Positions 9,629 through 19,753 of a DNA stretch of 64,000 nt are shown here, piece after piece. Origin of the DNA: Lachnospiraceae bacterium (GTDB taxonomy: Bacteria; Bacillota; Clostridia; Lachnospirales; Lachnospiraceae); NCBI GenBank assembly GCA_021203305.1, contig JAJQBK010000052.1, forward strand, positions 10,937-74,936, given 5' to 3'. Within the stretch, counting starts at the first letter, position 1. Every line of letters begins with the position of its first letter. Both the position numbers and the translations under genes were made by a program. The notes under the pieces were generated by a model. The model saw nothing but the letters and a program-made list of their open reading frames with translations, made no database searches and was not told the DNA's origin.

Positions 9629-10002
9629 TGTTCCTCTTCCCGGTCGGGAATCTGCGCGATCACCTGATCGATCTTTGCGGACATCTCCACCCCGTACTCA
9701 ATGGACTGCTCCGGAATAAAGGTAATCACCGGGGTATTGCGAAGATTTAAGTTCTTTGCCAGAGTCGAACGGATGAAGCCGGAGGCGCTTTTCAGCCCCT
9801 CCATAGTCTGCTTCTGCGCCTCCTCATCCCCCAGTACGCTGATATAAGCCTTACAGGTTTTTAAATCCGGAGTCACATTCACAGCGACCACGCTGGTCAT
9901 GGGGGAAATCCGGGGGTCCTTTAACCCGCCCCGGATCAGCTCCGCCAGCTCCCTCTGCACCTCATTGTTGATTCTGATATTTTTCACGCTGTTTTTGCGC
10001 AT
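9625..10002 (-). CDS. rbfA: Ribosome-binding factor A
   Basis: MRKNSVKNIRINNEVQRELAELI...; AAGGGAG RBS before the ATG at 10002. Conserved position after infB. Confidence 0.9.
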   Translation of the reverse strand: MRKNSVKNIRINNEVQRELAELIRGGLKDPRISPMTSVVAVNVTPDLKTCKAYISVLGDEEAQKQTMEGLKSASGFIRSTLAKNLNLRNTPVITFIPEQSIEYGVEMSAKIDQVIAQIPDREEEQ

Positions 10003-10054
10003 AACGCTCCCTTCTTCGCAGGACACAGGTGAATTTGCCGCGCGGCGCGGTTCC

Positions 10055-13024
10055 CTATCGGGGCACCTCCACCATCACATAGGCCTCCACAATATCCAGC
10101 TCCTGCATCTTGTCAAAGCCCTCAAACACAAGGCCGCACTCGAAGCCCGCCTTCACTTCCTTCACATCGTCCTTGAACCGCTTCAGGCTGGCAAGCGAGC
10201 CCTCGTAAATCTGCTCTCCCGCCCTGGTGATGCGGATTTTGCAGCCTCTCTGAATCACGCCGTCCAGCACATAAGACCCGGCGATGTTGCCAACCGCGCT
10301 GGCCTTAAAGATCTGGCGCACCTCGGCATGGCCGATGACCTTCTCCTCGAAGATCGGGTCAAGCATGCCCTTCATGGCCCGCTCCACATCCTCGATGGCC
10401 TGATAAATCACGCGGTACAGCTTGATCTCCACATGCTCCCTCTCCGCGGTGGATTTGGCGGTGGAATCCGGCCTGGTATTAAAGCCCACAATAATCGCGT
10501 TGGAAGCGCCCGCCAGAGCGACGTCGCTTTCGTTGATCAGGCCCACGCCGCTGTGGATGCACTTTACCACCACCTCGTCGTTGGAAAGCTTCTCCAGAGA
10601 CTGCTTCACCGCCTCCACAGAGCCCTGGACATCGGCTTTGATGATCATATTCAGCTGTTTCAGCTGGCCGGCCTGAATCTGTCCGTACAGATCGTCCAGA
10701 CTCATGCGCTTCTTGGTCTCCTCCAGCATCTTTTCCTTGTACTGGGCCATATAGGTCTGGGCGTATTCCTTGGCCTCCTTATCGCTCGGGTGGGCCAGAA
10801 ATACTTCCCCGGCCGCCGGCACATCGGAAAGGCCCAGAATTGCCACAGGCTCGGAGGGTCCCGCCACCTTCACGTTCATATGCTTATCATTGATCATGGC
10901 GCGGACCTTGCCATAGCAGGCTCCGGCGGAAATAAAGTCTCCCACATGGAGCGTACCCTTCTGCACCAGCACGGTGGCCACAGGTCCCCGGCCCTTGTCT
11001 AACTGGGCCTCAATGACCAGGCCTCTGGCGTCGCGGTTCGGATTGGCCTTCAGCTCCAGCACATCCGACGTCAGTAGAATCATCTCCAGCAGATTCTCGA
11101 TGCCCTCGCCGGTCTTGGCGGATACCGGGCAGAATACCGTGCTGCCGCCATACTGCTCCGCCACCAGATCATACTCTGTCAGCTGCTGCATGACGCGGTC
11201 CACGTTGGCGCCCGGCTTGTCGATCTTATTGACCGCCACGATAACCTCTATTCCGGCCGCTTTCGCGTGGCTGATGGCCTCAATGGTCTGGGGCATGACG
11301 CCGTCGTCCGCGGCCACCACCAGGATGGCGATATCCGTGGAATTGGCGCCGCGCATACGCATGGCGGTGAACGCCTCATGGCCGGGCGTATCCAGGAAGG
11401 TAATCTGGCGGCCGCTGGCCGTGGAAACAGTATAAGCGCCAATATGCTGGGTGATGCCGCCGGCCTCCTTGTCGGTCACGTTGGTATTCCTGATGGCGTC
11501 CAGGAGGGAGGTCTTGCCGTGGTCCACGTGGCCCATGACACAGATGACGGGCGGGCGGGATACCATTGTCTCCTCGCTCTCCTCCTCTTCCCTGAGCAGC
11601 TCCTCGATGACGTCCACCTTCACTTCCTTCTCGCAGAGAATCTCATAATCCATGGCGATTTCCTCAGCCTCACTGTAGGAAAGCTCCTGATTCACATTCA
11701 TGATTTTGCCCTGCAGAAAGAGCTTCTTGATAATGGCGGCAGGCTGCATTCTCATCTTTTCCGCCAGCTCCTTTAAGGTAATGCTCTCCGGAAGCTGAAT
11801 CACCTTGATCAGCTCCTCCACCACCTCTTCCTTCTTCTCCGGCTTGATGAACTTCCCGGCCTTATTGACAGTTTTGCCGGTTTTGCCCTTTGTATTCCTG
11901 CCTTCCTCGGTATAAATATAATCCTTGCGGTTCTTTTTATCCTTATCCTGGCCCTGGCGGCGCTCATCCCGCTTCTGGTCCTTCTTGACGCTCACATCGC
12001 CAAAGCCCGCGCCGGCAGCACCCTGGCGGGAACCGCTCTTCCTGCCCTGCGCCGGGCGGCCCTGTCTGGAATCGGCGTCCTTATCCTTATCGAAAACAGG
12101 ACGTCCCCCCATAGCAGCACCCTGACGGCTCCCATAGCCGCCCTGGCCTCTTGTGTCGCTTCTGCGCCCGTCTCCCTGGCTTCTTCCATCGCCGCGGCGC
12201 TCTCCGCTTCCCGCGCTGCCCTGGCGGTATCCGTCGCTTCTGCGGCGCTCGCCCATGGGACGGCTGCCGTCGCTTCTGCGCTCCCCGCTTCCCTGGCGGC
12301 TTCCGTCAGTGCGGCGTTCGCCCATGGGACGTGCTCCGTCCCTGCTCTCGCGTCTCTCGCCGCTTCCTGTGCGGCCCTCGCCTCTTGAATCCCGGCGCTC
12401 TCCGCTTCCAGCTGCTGTTCTGCGACCCTCGGCGCGTCCGTCGCGTCTCTCGCCGCTTCCGGAGCCCGCCGGACGGCCTTCCCGCCGCTCCCCGCTTCCC
12501 TGGGCGCTCCTCGCCTCCCGGCGCGGCGCTCCCTCGCGGGGCTGGGAGGATCTTGCCGCGGACTGCTTCGCCGCCCTCTCGGACGCCTCCTCCACCTTTA
12601 CAAAAGGACGTTTCTGAAGCTCAGGTTCAAAAATGGCAGGCTTTTTCTCCTCCGCAGCCGACGTAGGCTCGGGAACAGGGGCAGGAGCCGGTGCGGGCGC
12701 GGGAGCAGTCTTCTTTGGCTCCTTTTCTCCCAGAGTGGCCTTGAATTTCGCCGCCACATCCTCAGCCTTTACATTATTGCCGGAAGCCGCGGCGGGTTTT
12801 GTCCTGCCGCCGCTGCGCGCCCGCTCCGTTGTGCTTCCGCTTTTGCCGGAGGGCTTTCTCGAAGGCACATTCATACCGCTCTTGCTGTTCTGTGGATTGC
12901 CCACGATCACGATTCGTTTTTTCTTTTTGGGCTGATCCTGCTGTGTGCTCTTCTCCTGCACAGGCGCCACCTCCTTTTTCGCTGCGGATTTCTGACTAGC
13001 TTCTTTCTTTTCCTGTTCTTTCAT
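10055..13024 (-). CDS. infB: Translation initiation factor IF-2, with a long Arg/Gly/Ser/Glu-rich repeated N-terminal region
   Basis: G domain ([24 protein letters not shown]) and C-terminal domains. N-terminal residues about 165-300 are GSGERR(D/E/S)xR-type repeats. Confidence 0.97.
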   Translation of the reverse strand: MKEQEKKEASQKSAAKKEVAPVQEKSTQQDQPKKKKRIVIVGNPQNSKSGMNVPSRKPSGKSGSTTERARSGGRTKPAAASGNNVKAEDVAAKFKATLGEKEPKKTAPAPAPAPAPVPEPTSAAEEKKPAIFEPELQKRPFVKVEEASERAAKQSAARSSQPREGAPRREARSAQGSGERREGRPAGSGSGERRDGRAEGRRTAAGSGERRDSRGEGRTGSGERRESRDGARPMGERRTDGSRQGSGERRSDGSRPMGERRRSDGYRQGSAGSGERRGDGRSQGDGRRSDTRGQGGYGSRQGAAMGGRPVFDKDKDADSRQGRPAQGRKSGSRQGAAGAGFGDVSVKKDQKRDERRQGQDKDKKNRKDYIYTEEGRNTKGKTGKTVNKAGKFIKPEKKEEVVEELIKVIQLPESITLKELAEKMRMQPAAIIKKLFLQGKIMNVNQELSYSEAEEIAMDYEILCEKEVKVDVIEELLREEEESEETMVSRPPVICVMGHVDHGKTSLLDAIRNTNVTDKEAGGITQHIGAYTVSTASGRQITFLDTPGHEAFTAMRMRGANSTDIAILVVAADDGVMPQTIEAISHAKAAGIEVIVAVNKIDKPGANVDRVMQQLTEYDLVAEQYGGSTVFCPVSAKTGEGIENLLEMILLTSDVLELKANPNRDARGLVIEAQLDKGRGPVATVLVQKGTLHVGDFISAGACYGKVRAMINDKHMNVKVAGPSEPVAILGLSDVPAAGEVFLAHPSDKEAKEYAQTYMAQYKEKMLEETKKRMSLDDLYGQIQAGQLKQLNMIIKADVQGSVEAVKQSLEKLSNDEVVVKCIHSGVGLINESDVALAGASNAIIVGFNTRPDSTAKSTAEREHVEIKLYRVIYQAIEDVERAMKGMLDPIFEEKVIGHAEVRQIFKASAVGNIAGSYVLDGVIQRGCKIRITRAGEQIYEGSLASLKRFKDDVKEVKAGFECGLVFEGFDKMQELDIVEAYVMVEVPR

Positions 13025-13383
13025 TCTGCCACCCCCATCTGCTTTGTCGTCTCATCTATCTGCGCGCAGACAGCTTTGGCGAAACCATCATTTACAATTG
13101 CCAGTGAGGCTCTCATCTCTTTTCCCAGGGCATGCCCCAGAGACTCTCTGGTACCATATTCCACCAAAGGAACCTGATAAAAGCCGCACTTATCCCTGAA
13201 GTGCTTGCGGGTACCCTCCGACGCGTCGCACGCGACCACCACCAGATACGCCGTTCCCTTCTTTATCGCTTCTTCCACGGAGTATTCCCCGCTGACCACA
13301 TTCCGGGACTTCATTGCCAGCCCCAGCAATGCCTCCACTTTACTCTGTCTCAATATTGTCAAACTCCTCCGCAAGGCTCTCAT
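13021..13383 (-). CDS. ylxQ: L7Ae-family RNA-binding protein (YlxQ-like)
   Basis: Sits between ylxR and infB. LLGLAMKSRNVVSGE motif. The true start is uncertain because the ORF overlaps the ylxR 3' end by 44 nt. Confidence 0.75.
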   Translation of the reverse strand: MRALRRSLTILRQSKVEALLGLAMKSRNVVSGEYSVEEAIKKGTAYLVVVACDASEGTRKHFRDKCGFYQVPLVEYGTRESLGHALGKEMRASLAIVNDGFAKAVCAQIDETTKQMGVAE

Positions 13384-13612
13384 ATACTTCCTTCGGAATG
13401 CTCATCTGAAAGGAACGCTCCAGCCCCTTATTTCTGACCGCGTTCTTCAGGCACTGCCCGTTCTTACAAAGATATGCGCCTCTTCCGTTTTTTTTGCCTG
13501 TCACATCCAGGACAAATGTATCCTCCGGCGTTCTGACCACCCGCATCATTTCCTTTTTGGGTCTGGATTCGCCGCAGCCGACACACCGTCTCATGGGAAT
13601 TTTTTTACTCAT
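13340..13612 (-). CDS. ylxR: YlxR/RnpM family (DUF448) RNA-binding protein
   Basis: MRRCVGCGESRPKKEMMRVV...GRGAYLC motif. Conserved position after nusA. Confidence 0.88.
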   Translation of the reverse strand: MSKKIPMRRCVGCGESRPKKEMMRVVRTPEDTFVLDVTGKKNGRGAYLCKNGQCLKNAVRNKGLERSFQMSIPKEVYESLAEEFDNIETE

Positions 13613-13657
13613 TTTGATTCCTCATCGGCTCAGATCCCGTTCCCCGGTCAGAGAGCC

Positions 13658-15076
13658 TTACTCAGACAGGGGACTGCTCTCCTCATCAGCTTCAGCGTAC
13701 GCGTCGTCTTCAGCCGCTTCCTCCGAAGCATACTCATCCTCTTCGCCGGCGTCAGAGTACTCCTCATCGTATTCCCCGTCTTCTTCCTCCGGGGCGTCAT
13801 CATACTCATCGGCGTCGGCGTACTCATCCTCGTACTCCTCTTCACCGCCGTCTTCCTCGTGATCGTCATCATATTCATCAGCATCGGCGTATTCGTCCTC
13901 GTACTCCTCTTCACCGCTCTCATACCCGTCGTCAGCGTATTCGTCGTCCTCGTACTCGTCGTATTCCCCGTCGTACTCCTCGTACTCGCTATCATCGTCC
14001 AGATAATCCTCATAGCGGAAGCCGTAGGCGTCCTTCGCCTGTGTCTCGCTCTTAATATCAATCTTGTAGCCGGTCAGCCGGGCCGCCAGCCGGGCGTTCT
14101 GTCCCTCCTTGCCGATAGCCAGGGACAGCTGATAATCCGGCACCACCACCTTGGCGGTCTTTTCATCCGGGTCAGCGAAGACAGCCACCACCTTGGAGGG
14201 CGCCAGGGCATTCTGAATAAAGTTGCCCGGGTTCTCATCCCAGGGGACGATATCAATCTTTTCTCCTTTTAACTCATCCACAATGGCGTTGACGCGGGAA
14301 CCGTTCAATCCCACGCAGGCGCCCACCGCGTCCACATTGCCGTCATGGCTCCTGACCGCCATCTTGGTGCGGCTGCCCGCCTCTCTGGCGATGCTCATGA
14401 TCTCCACCGTGCCGTCGCTGATTTCCGTGACCTCCGCCTCAAACAGACGTCTGACCAGATCCGGATGGGTTCTGCTGACGCTGATGCGCAGCCCCTTGCG
14501 GTTGGAGACCTCCACAATAAATACCTTCACACGCTGGGTGGGCTTTAAGACCTCCCCCTTGATCATCTCGCTCTCAGGCAGCAGGGCGTCGGCCCTTCCT
14601 AAATTGATGCTGACGCCTTTTTCCACCGTTCTCTGCACAATTCCGGTGACCACTTCCTTCTCCAGCCCGACATACTGATTGTAGACGACGCTGCGCTCTT
14701 CCTCGCGGATTTTCTGCAAAATCACGTTCTTGGCATGCTGGGTAGCGATACGGCCAAAGTCCTTGGACTTAATTTCCACATTGACAGTCTCGTCCACCTG
14801 TACGTCCGGATTGATTTTGCGGGCCTCCTCCAGAGAAATCTGGGCGGTGGGGTCCTCCACCTCTTCCTCGGTGGCTACCACCTGCCGCTCCGCGAAGCAC
14901 ATGAAATCCCCGGTTTCCCTGTCCACGACAGCCTTCATATTTGCGGCGTCGGTTTTGCCAAAATGATTTTTGCAGGCGGCAATCAGGGAAGTCTCGATGG
15001 TCTCAAACATCACTTCCTTGCTGATCTGTTTTTCTTTCTCCAATAGATCCAGCGCCTCCAACAGCTCCTTATTCAT
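13658..15076 (-). CDS. nusA: Transcription termination/antitermination factor NusA, with an acidic tail of about 120 aa
   Basis: N-terminal domain, S1 and two KH domains (IGKEGQNARLAARLTGYKIDI). The C-terminal D/E/Y-rich tail contains a duplicated GEEEYEDEYADADEYDD. Confidence 0.96.
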   Translation of the reverse strand: MNKELLEALDLLEKEKQISKEVMFETIETSLIAACKNHFGKTDAANMKAVVDRETGDFMCFAERQVVATEEEVEDPTAQISLEEARKINPDVQVDETVNVEIKSKDFGRIATQHAKNVILQKIREEERSVVYNQYVGLEKEVVTGIVQRTVEKGVSINLGRADALLPESEMIKGEVLKPTQRVKVFIVEVSNRKGLRISVSRTHPDLVRRLFEAEVTEISDGTVEIMSIAREAGSRTKMAVRSHDGNVDAVGACVGLNGSRVNAIVDELKGEKIDIVPWDENPGNFIQNALAPSKVVAVFADPDEKTAKVVVPDYQLSLAIGKEGQNARLAARLTGYKIDIKSETQAKDAYGFRYEDYLDDDSEYEEYDGEYDEYEDDEYADDGYESGEEEYEDEYADADEYDDDHEEDGGEEEYEDEYADADEYDDAPEEEDGEYDEEYSDAGEEDEYASEEAAEDDAYAEADEESSPLSE

Positions 15077-15116
15077 CTCATTTCCTCCTAAAATTGGTTA
15101 AGGTATCAAATTCCCC

Positions 15117-15581
15117 CTAAAAATCCAGCGCCAGGCGGATCACCGCCAGGTCCTTACGCGAAAATTTTCTCTCTTCATCCCCGCACTCAATTGTGAGGCT
15201 CTCTTCGTCAAACGATGCCAGCACCCCGGAAAACTCCTTTTGCCCGTCCACCGGCCGGTAAGTCTTACACTCTACCTCCTGCCCCAGGGCGCTTTGTAAG
15301 TGACGGTCCTTTTTCAGCACCCTGCCAAGGCCGGGGCTTGACACCTCCAGAATATAAGCGTTCTCAATAAAGTCCTCCTCATCCAGCCTGTCCGACAGCG
15401 CGCGGCTGACATTCTCACAGTCCAGGATGGTAACCCCCTCCGGCTTGTCAATATAGGCTCTCAGATACCAGTCGCCGCCCTCCTTCACAAATTCCACATC
15501 ATAAATATCGACCTCATACTGCGCCGCGATGGGAACAAGGAGCGCCTCCGTCCTCTCCGCCACAGATTCCTGCTTCGCCAT
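15117..15581 (-). CDS. rimP: Ribosome maturation factor RimP
   Basis: MAKQESVAERTEALL..., LEVSSPGLGRVLKK motif and an AAGAGG RBS. First gene of the nusA-infB operon. Confidence 0.9.
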   Translation of the reverse strand: MAKQESVAERTEALLVPIAAQYEVDIYDVEFVKEGGDWYLRAYIDKPEGVTILDCENVSRALSDRLDEEDFIENAYILEVSSPGLGRVLKKDRHLQSALGQEVECKTYRPVDGQKEFSGVLASFDEESLTIECGDEERKFSRKDLAVIRLALDF

Positions 15582-15669
15582 AAAAATACCTCTTTTCTGA
15601 TTACTAATCACAACCGCTTCCCCTCTCCTACGGGGCGCCTGACAGTGTACGATACGCCCTGCGGATGTT

Positions 15670-15741
15670 TCACATGCGCAAAAGCGTCCGCTGTGAACAG
15701 CCGCTTCTCCTCACATGCGCAAGAGCGTCCGCTGTGAATAG
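15670..15741 (-). repeat. Two tandem 41-nt units, each a bulged hairpin, in the rimP leader
   Basis: TCACATGCGCAA(A/G)AGCGTCCGCTGTGAA(C/T)AG at 15670 and 15711. In sense orientation each unit folds as TCACA-GCG...CGC-A-TGTGA. Confidence 0.7.
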
Positions 15742-15762
15742 TAACGTTTTATAAAACACATT

Positions 15763-15789
15763 GAAAAAGAGCTTGCCGGGGCAAACTCT
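15763..15789 (-). terminator. Rho-independent terminator of the acyltransferase gene
   Basis: Minus strand AGAGTTTGCC-CC-GGCAAGCTCT followed by TTTTTC. Confidence 0.65.
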
Positions 15790-15916
15790 TATCATCATTG
15801 AATATTTAATTAACCTTAATTACCTTAACACTCTTTTGATCAAAATGCAAGCGATTTTTCCGGTCTTTTTCCTTTTTTTGGTTTTTTATCCGTTTTTTTT
15901 GGGGGGGTATCCGGTT

Positions 15917-16999
15917 TTAACAGATATAGTGCCCCACAAAAGGCAGCCTGCGAAGCAGCCCCGCCGCGATACAGCATATCAGGAAGCACCCCAGCGCCAG
16001 CAGTGGAATCCCGAACACAATATTGACCGACATGCTGCTGATTCCCTTTGCCTGAAGGAATTCCAGCAGGCCCAGGTGCATCACGTATATTCCAAGGGTA
16101 TTATCCGAAATTTCTCCGATCAGTCTCCTCATGCCCGGCGAAAATTTTCGATTTTCAAATTGCTTCCGGAAAAAGAGAAATATCGCGATGCACACAAAGA
16201 ATGTATATACACTGAAGCTGTCATATATCTCCCCCTGTCCCTCTCCCCTGCGCACTGAGAGAAAAGTGCTGACTGCCACCGCGCATACAAGCCCCGCTAT
16301 TCCCAGCAGATAATAAACACGGGTCTTCCGGTCAGAAGGCGGATAACGATACAGATAATATCCCAGTATAAAATAGCCCACATAGCTTCCCGCCAGCTCC
16401 ACCGTCACCAATCCCACCAGATTGGTGACAGTCTCGGACAAAATCACACTGTACAATGTTTCCCGGCCAATTTGCATTACAAAAAAAAGCAGGAGAAAAT
16501 ATTCTATCTGTTTTCTGGTACAATGATCCACAAACACCTTCAGCACGGGGACTATCATGTAAATGCCAATCAGCATCGGCAGAAACCATAAATGATATTT
16601 CCCGGCCAGCATCTGTTTCAGGCATTCCTTTAATGTAATCTCATGCATTCTCAGAAGGTATCTGCAGTTGATCAATCCATACACACCGCTCCAGAAAAAA
16701 TAGACAACCGCAAGGCGAAAAATATTTTTGCGGTACAATCGGCCCACATCTGTCTCTCCCTCCCTGGAAAGAAAGAGCATGCCGCTGATCATTACAAAGA
16801 CCGGAACGCCAAACCTTGAGACCGCGTCATAGCCATTGCATACAAACCAGGATTCTGTATCCGTCGGCAAAGTATACCAATATTGTGCGGCAGCGTGCAG
16901 CATTACCACACTGAAGGCGGAAACAATGCGCAAAAGATCAATATATACCTTTCGATTCTTCTGCTCCTTCCCCTGATCATTCCTCTTTTGCTTTTCCAT
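15917..16999 (-). CDS. Acyltransferase family 3 integral membrane protein
   Basis: About 10 predicted TM helices. N-terminal YIDLLRIVSAFSVVMLHAAAQ is typical of the acyltransferase_3 family. Confidence 0.75.
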   Translation of the reverse strand: MEKQKRNDQGKEQKNRKVYIDLLRIVSAFSVVMLHAAAQYWYTLPTDTESWFVCNGYDAVSRFGVPVFVMISGMLFLSREGETDVGRLYRKNIFRLAVVYFFWSGVYGLINCRYLLRMHEITLKECLKQMLAGKYHLWFLPMLIGIYMIVPVLKVFVDHCTRKQIEYFLLLFFVMQIGRETLYSVILSETVTNLVGLVTVELAGSYVGYFILGYYLYRYPPSDRKTRVYYLLGIAGLVCAVAVSTFLSVRRGEGQGEIYDSFSVYTFFVCIAIFLFFRKQFENRKFSPGMRRLIGEISDNTLGIYVMHLGLLEFLQAKGISSMSVNIVFGIPLLALGCFLICCIAAGLLRRLPFVGHYIC

Positions 17000-17193
17000 T
17001 CCTGAACTTTCTTCTCTTCCCGGCTGACAGGATTTCCATAGCGAACAGCAAAAATCATTTGCCGTCCACTATAAAGGTGATGCCATGAAAAATCTTTTTC
17101 ATTCCATTGCTTACATTATAACCATTATTTAAAACCAGGGCAAGAAGAAAATAAAAACCCGGCTCATAAAGCAACAATACCAGCTTTCATGGG

Positions 17194-17997
17194 TCACTCC
17201 TCTATCACCTGCACCGGTACCGCGGCCAGTTCCGTGCCGTCCTCACTCATGCCGCAGACCATTCCCACAAGCAGTCCCTCCGTGCTGTAGACCGGGCTTC
17301 CGCTCATTCCCTCCTTACCCTGTCCGTAAATATAAAGCAGCTCCACCCCGTAATCCTCAAAATAAATCAGGGGATTGGCCACTGTCGCGGACTCAATTCC
17401 GGTACCGGAGCCATATATGGAATCCACAATCCACAGATCATCCCCTGTCTGCGCGTCCGCGCCCGTGTAGGAGCTCAGCGGAATATAAAGCAGCGTTTCC
17501 GCGATGTCCGCCGACAAATGGATGAAGGCCAGATCATAGCCATCCGCTGTCACCACATCCTCCCCGGAAAAAGCCACGTCAACCCAGCCCTGGGACAGAG
17601 ACACCATCTCCACCGTTCCGCCATTCCTGTCCGCCAGCACATGGGCCGCCGTGACAATCACAAGTCCGCTTTCGTCCTCCATCCACACAAAACCGCTGCC
17701 GGAATATGTGTCCGTGGTAACAGCCACGTTCTCATAGACTGTGATATTCAGAATCTCATTTTCCAGCGCGTAGACGTCCGTGCCGACCTGCAGCAGAGGG
17801 AATTCCCCTCTTGTCAGCGTTGGCTTTTCACTCTGAGCGGAATCAGAATCCGCGCCGGTTTCCTCCACGGTTTCTTCCTGTGTAGAAGCACGCCGGCCTC
17901 CGGCTGCCGTCACCGCCACTGTCACAACCAGGGCAACACACAGGAACAGCAAAACCACAGGAATAAATTTTGTTTTCTTTTTTGGTGTATTTTTCAT
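17194..17997 (-). CDS. Membrane-anchored trypsin-like serine protease
   Basis: N-terminal TM anchor. His motif VIVTAAHV, an Asp region (GYDLAFIHL) and Ser motif GMSGSPV. Confidence 0.7.
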   Translation of the reverse strand: MKNTPKKKTKFIPVVLLFLCVALVVTVAVTAAGGRRASTQEETVEETGADSDSAQSEKPTLTRGEFPLLQVGTDVYALENEILNITVYENVAVTTDTYSGSGFVWMEDESGLVIVTAAHVLADRNGGTVEMVSLSQGWVDVAFSGEDVVTADGYDLAFIHLSADIAETLLYIPLSSYTGADAQTGDDLWIVDSIYGSGTGIESATVANPLIYFEDYGVELLYIYGQGKEGMSGSPVYSTEGLLVGMVCGMSEDGTELAAVPVQVIEE

Positions 17998-18161
17998 AAT
18001 ACCTTATAATATGATGGTACCGGGGTGCCAGTGTCATAAATGCAAGTGTCCCTTGCATCATAATATAACCGATTTCTTCCCCCCTGACAAGCCGCATCTC
18101 TTTTTTGTGCAGAATAGCCAAAAAATTATTTCATTTTTGGTGAATTATTCTTTTTTATAAG

Positions 18162-18170
18162 TGTTATAAT
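18162..18170 (+). promoter_or_regulatory. Extended -10 element, TGtTATAAT, upstream of L25/Ctc
   Basis: TGTTATAAT at 18162-18170, about 135 nt upstream of the start. The leader contains a hairpin CGGCTCG...CGAGCCG. Confidence 0.4.
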
Positions 18171-18305
18171 ACACCTGTCACAAAACACCAACAGACACAA
18201 CTTATTTTAACCGGCTCGCGCGGATTCTCTATGCGATCATTTCACGAGCCGCCAAAATGGCAGTCTGCGGGCAATCAGAATTCAGAATTTGGAGGAAGAG
18301 GTAAT

Positions 18306-18905
18306 ATGGATACTTTAAAAGCTGAAAAAAGAGACCTGTCAACAAAAGCAAAGAAATTAAGGCGCGAGGGCTACGTCACCGGCAACATCATCGGCCGGGA
18401 GATTGAGGGCTCTCTTCCCATTCAGATGGAGGCCCGGGAGGCCGAGCGCGTCCTCAGGACAAAGAGAAAGGGCGGCCAGCTCTATCTGGATGTGGACGGA
18501 CAGAAGATGGACGTCCTGATCAAGGAAATTCATTATAACGCCGCGTTCAAGCGCTACGATGAGGTAGATTTCCAGGCCCTCGTGAGCACGGAAAAGGTAC
18601 ACTCCGTGGCGGAGATCATCCTGCTCAACCATGAAAAGGTGCAGAATGGCATCGTCCAGACCGTTCTGTCCGAGGTTGCCTATAAGGCTCTGCCGTCCGC
18701 TCTGGTGGAGACCATCGAAATTGATGTGGAGAACTTAAAGCCCGGCGATACCGTCAAAGTGGGCGATCTGCCCATCGCTTCCGACCCGAACGTGGATCTG
18801 ACCACCAGCAGGGACGCGGTGGTGGTGCTCATCGCGGAGCCGCATATCTCAGCCGCTGAGGAGGAACCCGCTGAGGAAGCCACTGCGGATGAGAAGGCAA
18901 AGTAA
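18306..18905 (+). CDS. rplY: 50S ribosomal protein L25 / general stress protein Ctc
   Basis: MDTLKAEKRDLSTKAKKLRREGYVTGNIIG..., a long Ctc-type form with an acidic C-terminus. GGAGGAAGAGG RBS. Confidence 0.85.
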   Translation: MDTLKAEKRDLSTKAKKLRREGYVTGNIIGREIEGSLPIQMEAREAERVLRTKRKGGQLYLDVDGQKMDVLIKEIHYNAAFKRYDEVDFQALVSTEKVHSVAEIILLNHEKVQNGIVQTVLSEVAYKALPSALVETIEIDVENLKPGDTVKVGDLPIASDPNVDLTTSRDAVVVLIAEPHISAAEEEPAEEATADEKAK

Positions 18906-18986
18906 TTTCCACCTGTACAGCTGGCTTCAACAGGGCATCCAACAGCACAGATGGAGGCATTTTATCGAAAGATGCGTGATCAGGGA

Positions 18987-19027
18987 GCTGCCGCTTTACG
19001 GTTTATAGTGAAGCGGCGGCCTTTTTA
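18987..19027 (+). terminator. Rho-independent terminator after rplY
   Basis: Stem GCTGCCGCTT / AAGCGGCGGC followed by CTTTTTAT. Confidence 0.6.
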
Positions 19028-19208
19028 TGCGCGTGAAATGGAAAATACTCAATAAAAGGAACATCATCGGGTACAGCCGCTTAGATAGCCGTTCTCCGCC
19101 CTGCTCCCCTCACTGAGCATATTGTATATTGCTCACCCTTGATTCCATTTTATATTTGTGATAATGTTTACCTAGACACAAAATCTGATCTTAAGCGAGG
19201 TGTTTGAA

Positions 19209-19481
19209 ATGATGTACCCTTTCATGACTCTTAATGATGACACAGAAATTACCCACTCAGAGATGAAGTCCGATGGGCATGTCAAGGTTTTCATTGAAAC
19301 CCCGGATATAAAAGACGGCTTTCATAATGCCATATGTTGGCTTCCGGAATACAAATGGGAAAATATTCACGGTTATTCAGAATCGGAAATTCAATACTTT
19401 AAAAAACTGATCCGAAATAACGCCCATCTGATCCTCGAATTCTCTCAGGAGGGAGGTATCCTGAATGCCACAGCTGTTTAG
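19209..19481 (+). CDS. Small hypothetical protein, upstream partner of the DUF4160 gene
   Basis: GAGGTG RBS 7 nt before the ATG at 19209. 90 aa (MMYPFMTLNDDTEITHSEMKSDGHVKVFIETPD...). The 3' end overlaps the next gene by 17 nt. Family not recognised. Confidence 0.55.
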   Translation: MMYPFMTLNDDTEITHSEMKSDGHVKVFIETPDIKDGFHNAICWLPEYKWENIHGYSESEIQYFKKLIRNNAHLILEFSQEGGILNATAV

Positions 19482-19743
19482 GATTGGTTCTTATATTATT
19501 TACTTTTGGTCAAACGAGAATGATCCTCTCGAACCCGTTCATGTTCATATCGCAGAGGGACGAGCTTCCGCAAATGCCACAAAAATCTGGATCAGTAGTA
19601 CCGGTAAAGCACTGATATGCAACAATGACTCCAGAATACCTCAGCGAACTTTAAGAGTCTTAATGAAAGTTATCGAAGCAAATAGCGTTGATATTATCGA
19701 GAAATGGTACGATCAATTCGGCGAAATACGATACTTCTGTTAA
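19465..19743 (+). CDS. DUF4160 domain protein
   Basis: MPQLFRIGSYIIYFWSNENDPLEPVHVHIAEGRA... matches the RIGxYxxxFxSNExxEPxHVHV signature of DUF4160. GGAGG RBS sits inside the upstream gene. Confidence 0.7.
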   Translation: MPQLFRIGSYIIYFWSNENDPLEPVHVHIAEGRASANATKIWISSTGKALICNNDSRIPQRTLRVLMKVIEANSVDIIEKWYDQFGEIRYFC

Positions 19744-19753
19744 CTCGCTCTTT

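Noticed and set aside
13205-14272. 355-aa plus-strand ORF, and the other long ORFs antisense to nusA and infB (e.g. 9899-11002, 12151-12666)
   Set aside because: They lie entirely inside well-supported minus-strand genes and translate to low-complexity or repeat-driven sequence. They also lack RBSs. They are shadow ORFs caused by GC-rich, repeat-rich coding sequence.
15761-16258. 165-aa plus-strand ORF overlapping the acyltransferase 3' end
   Set aside because: It overlaps a convincing multi-TM acyltransferase on the other strand, and its start lies inside that gene's terminator hairpin.
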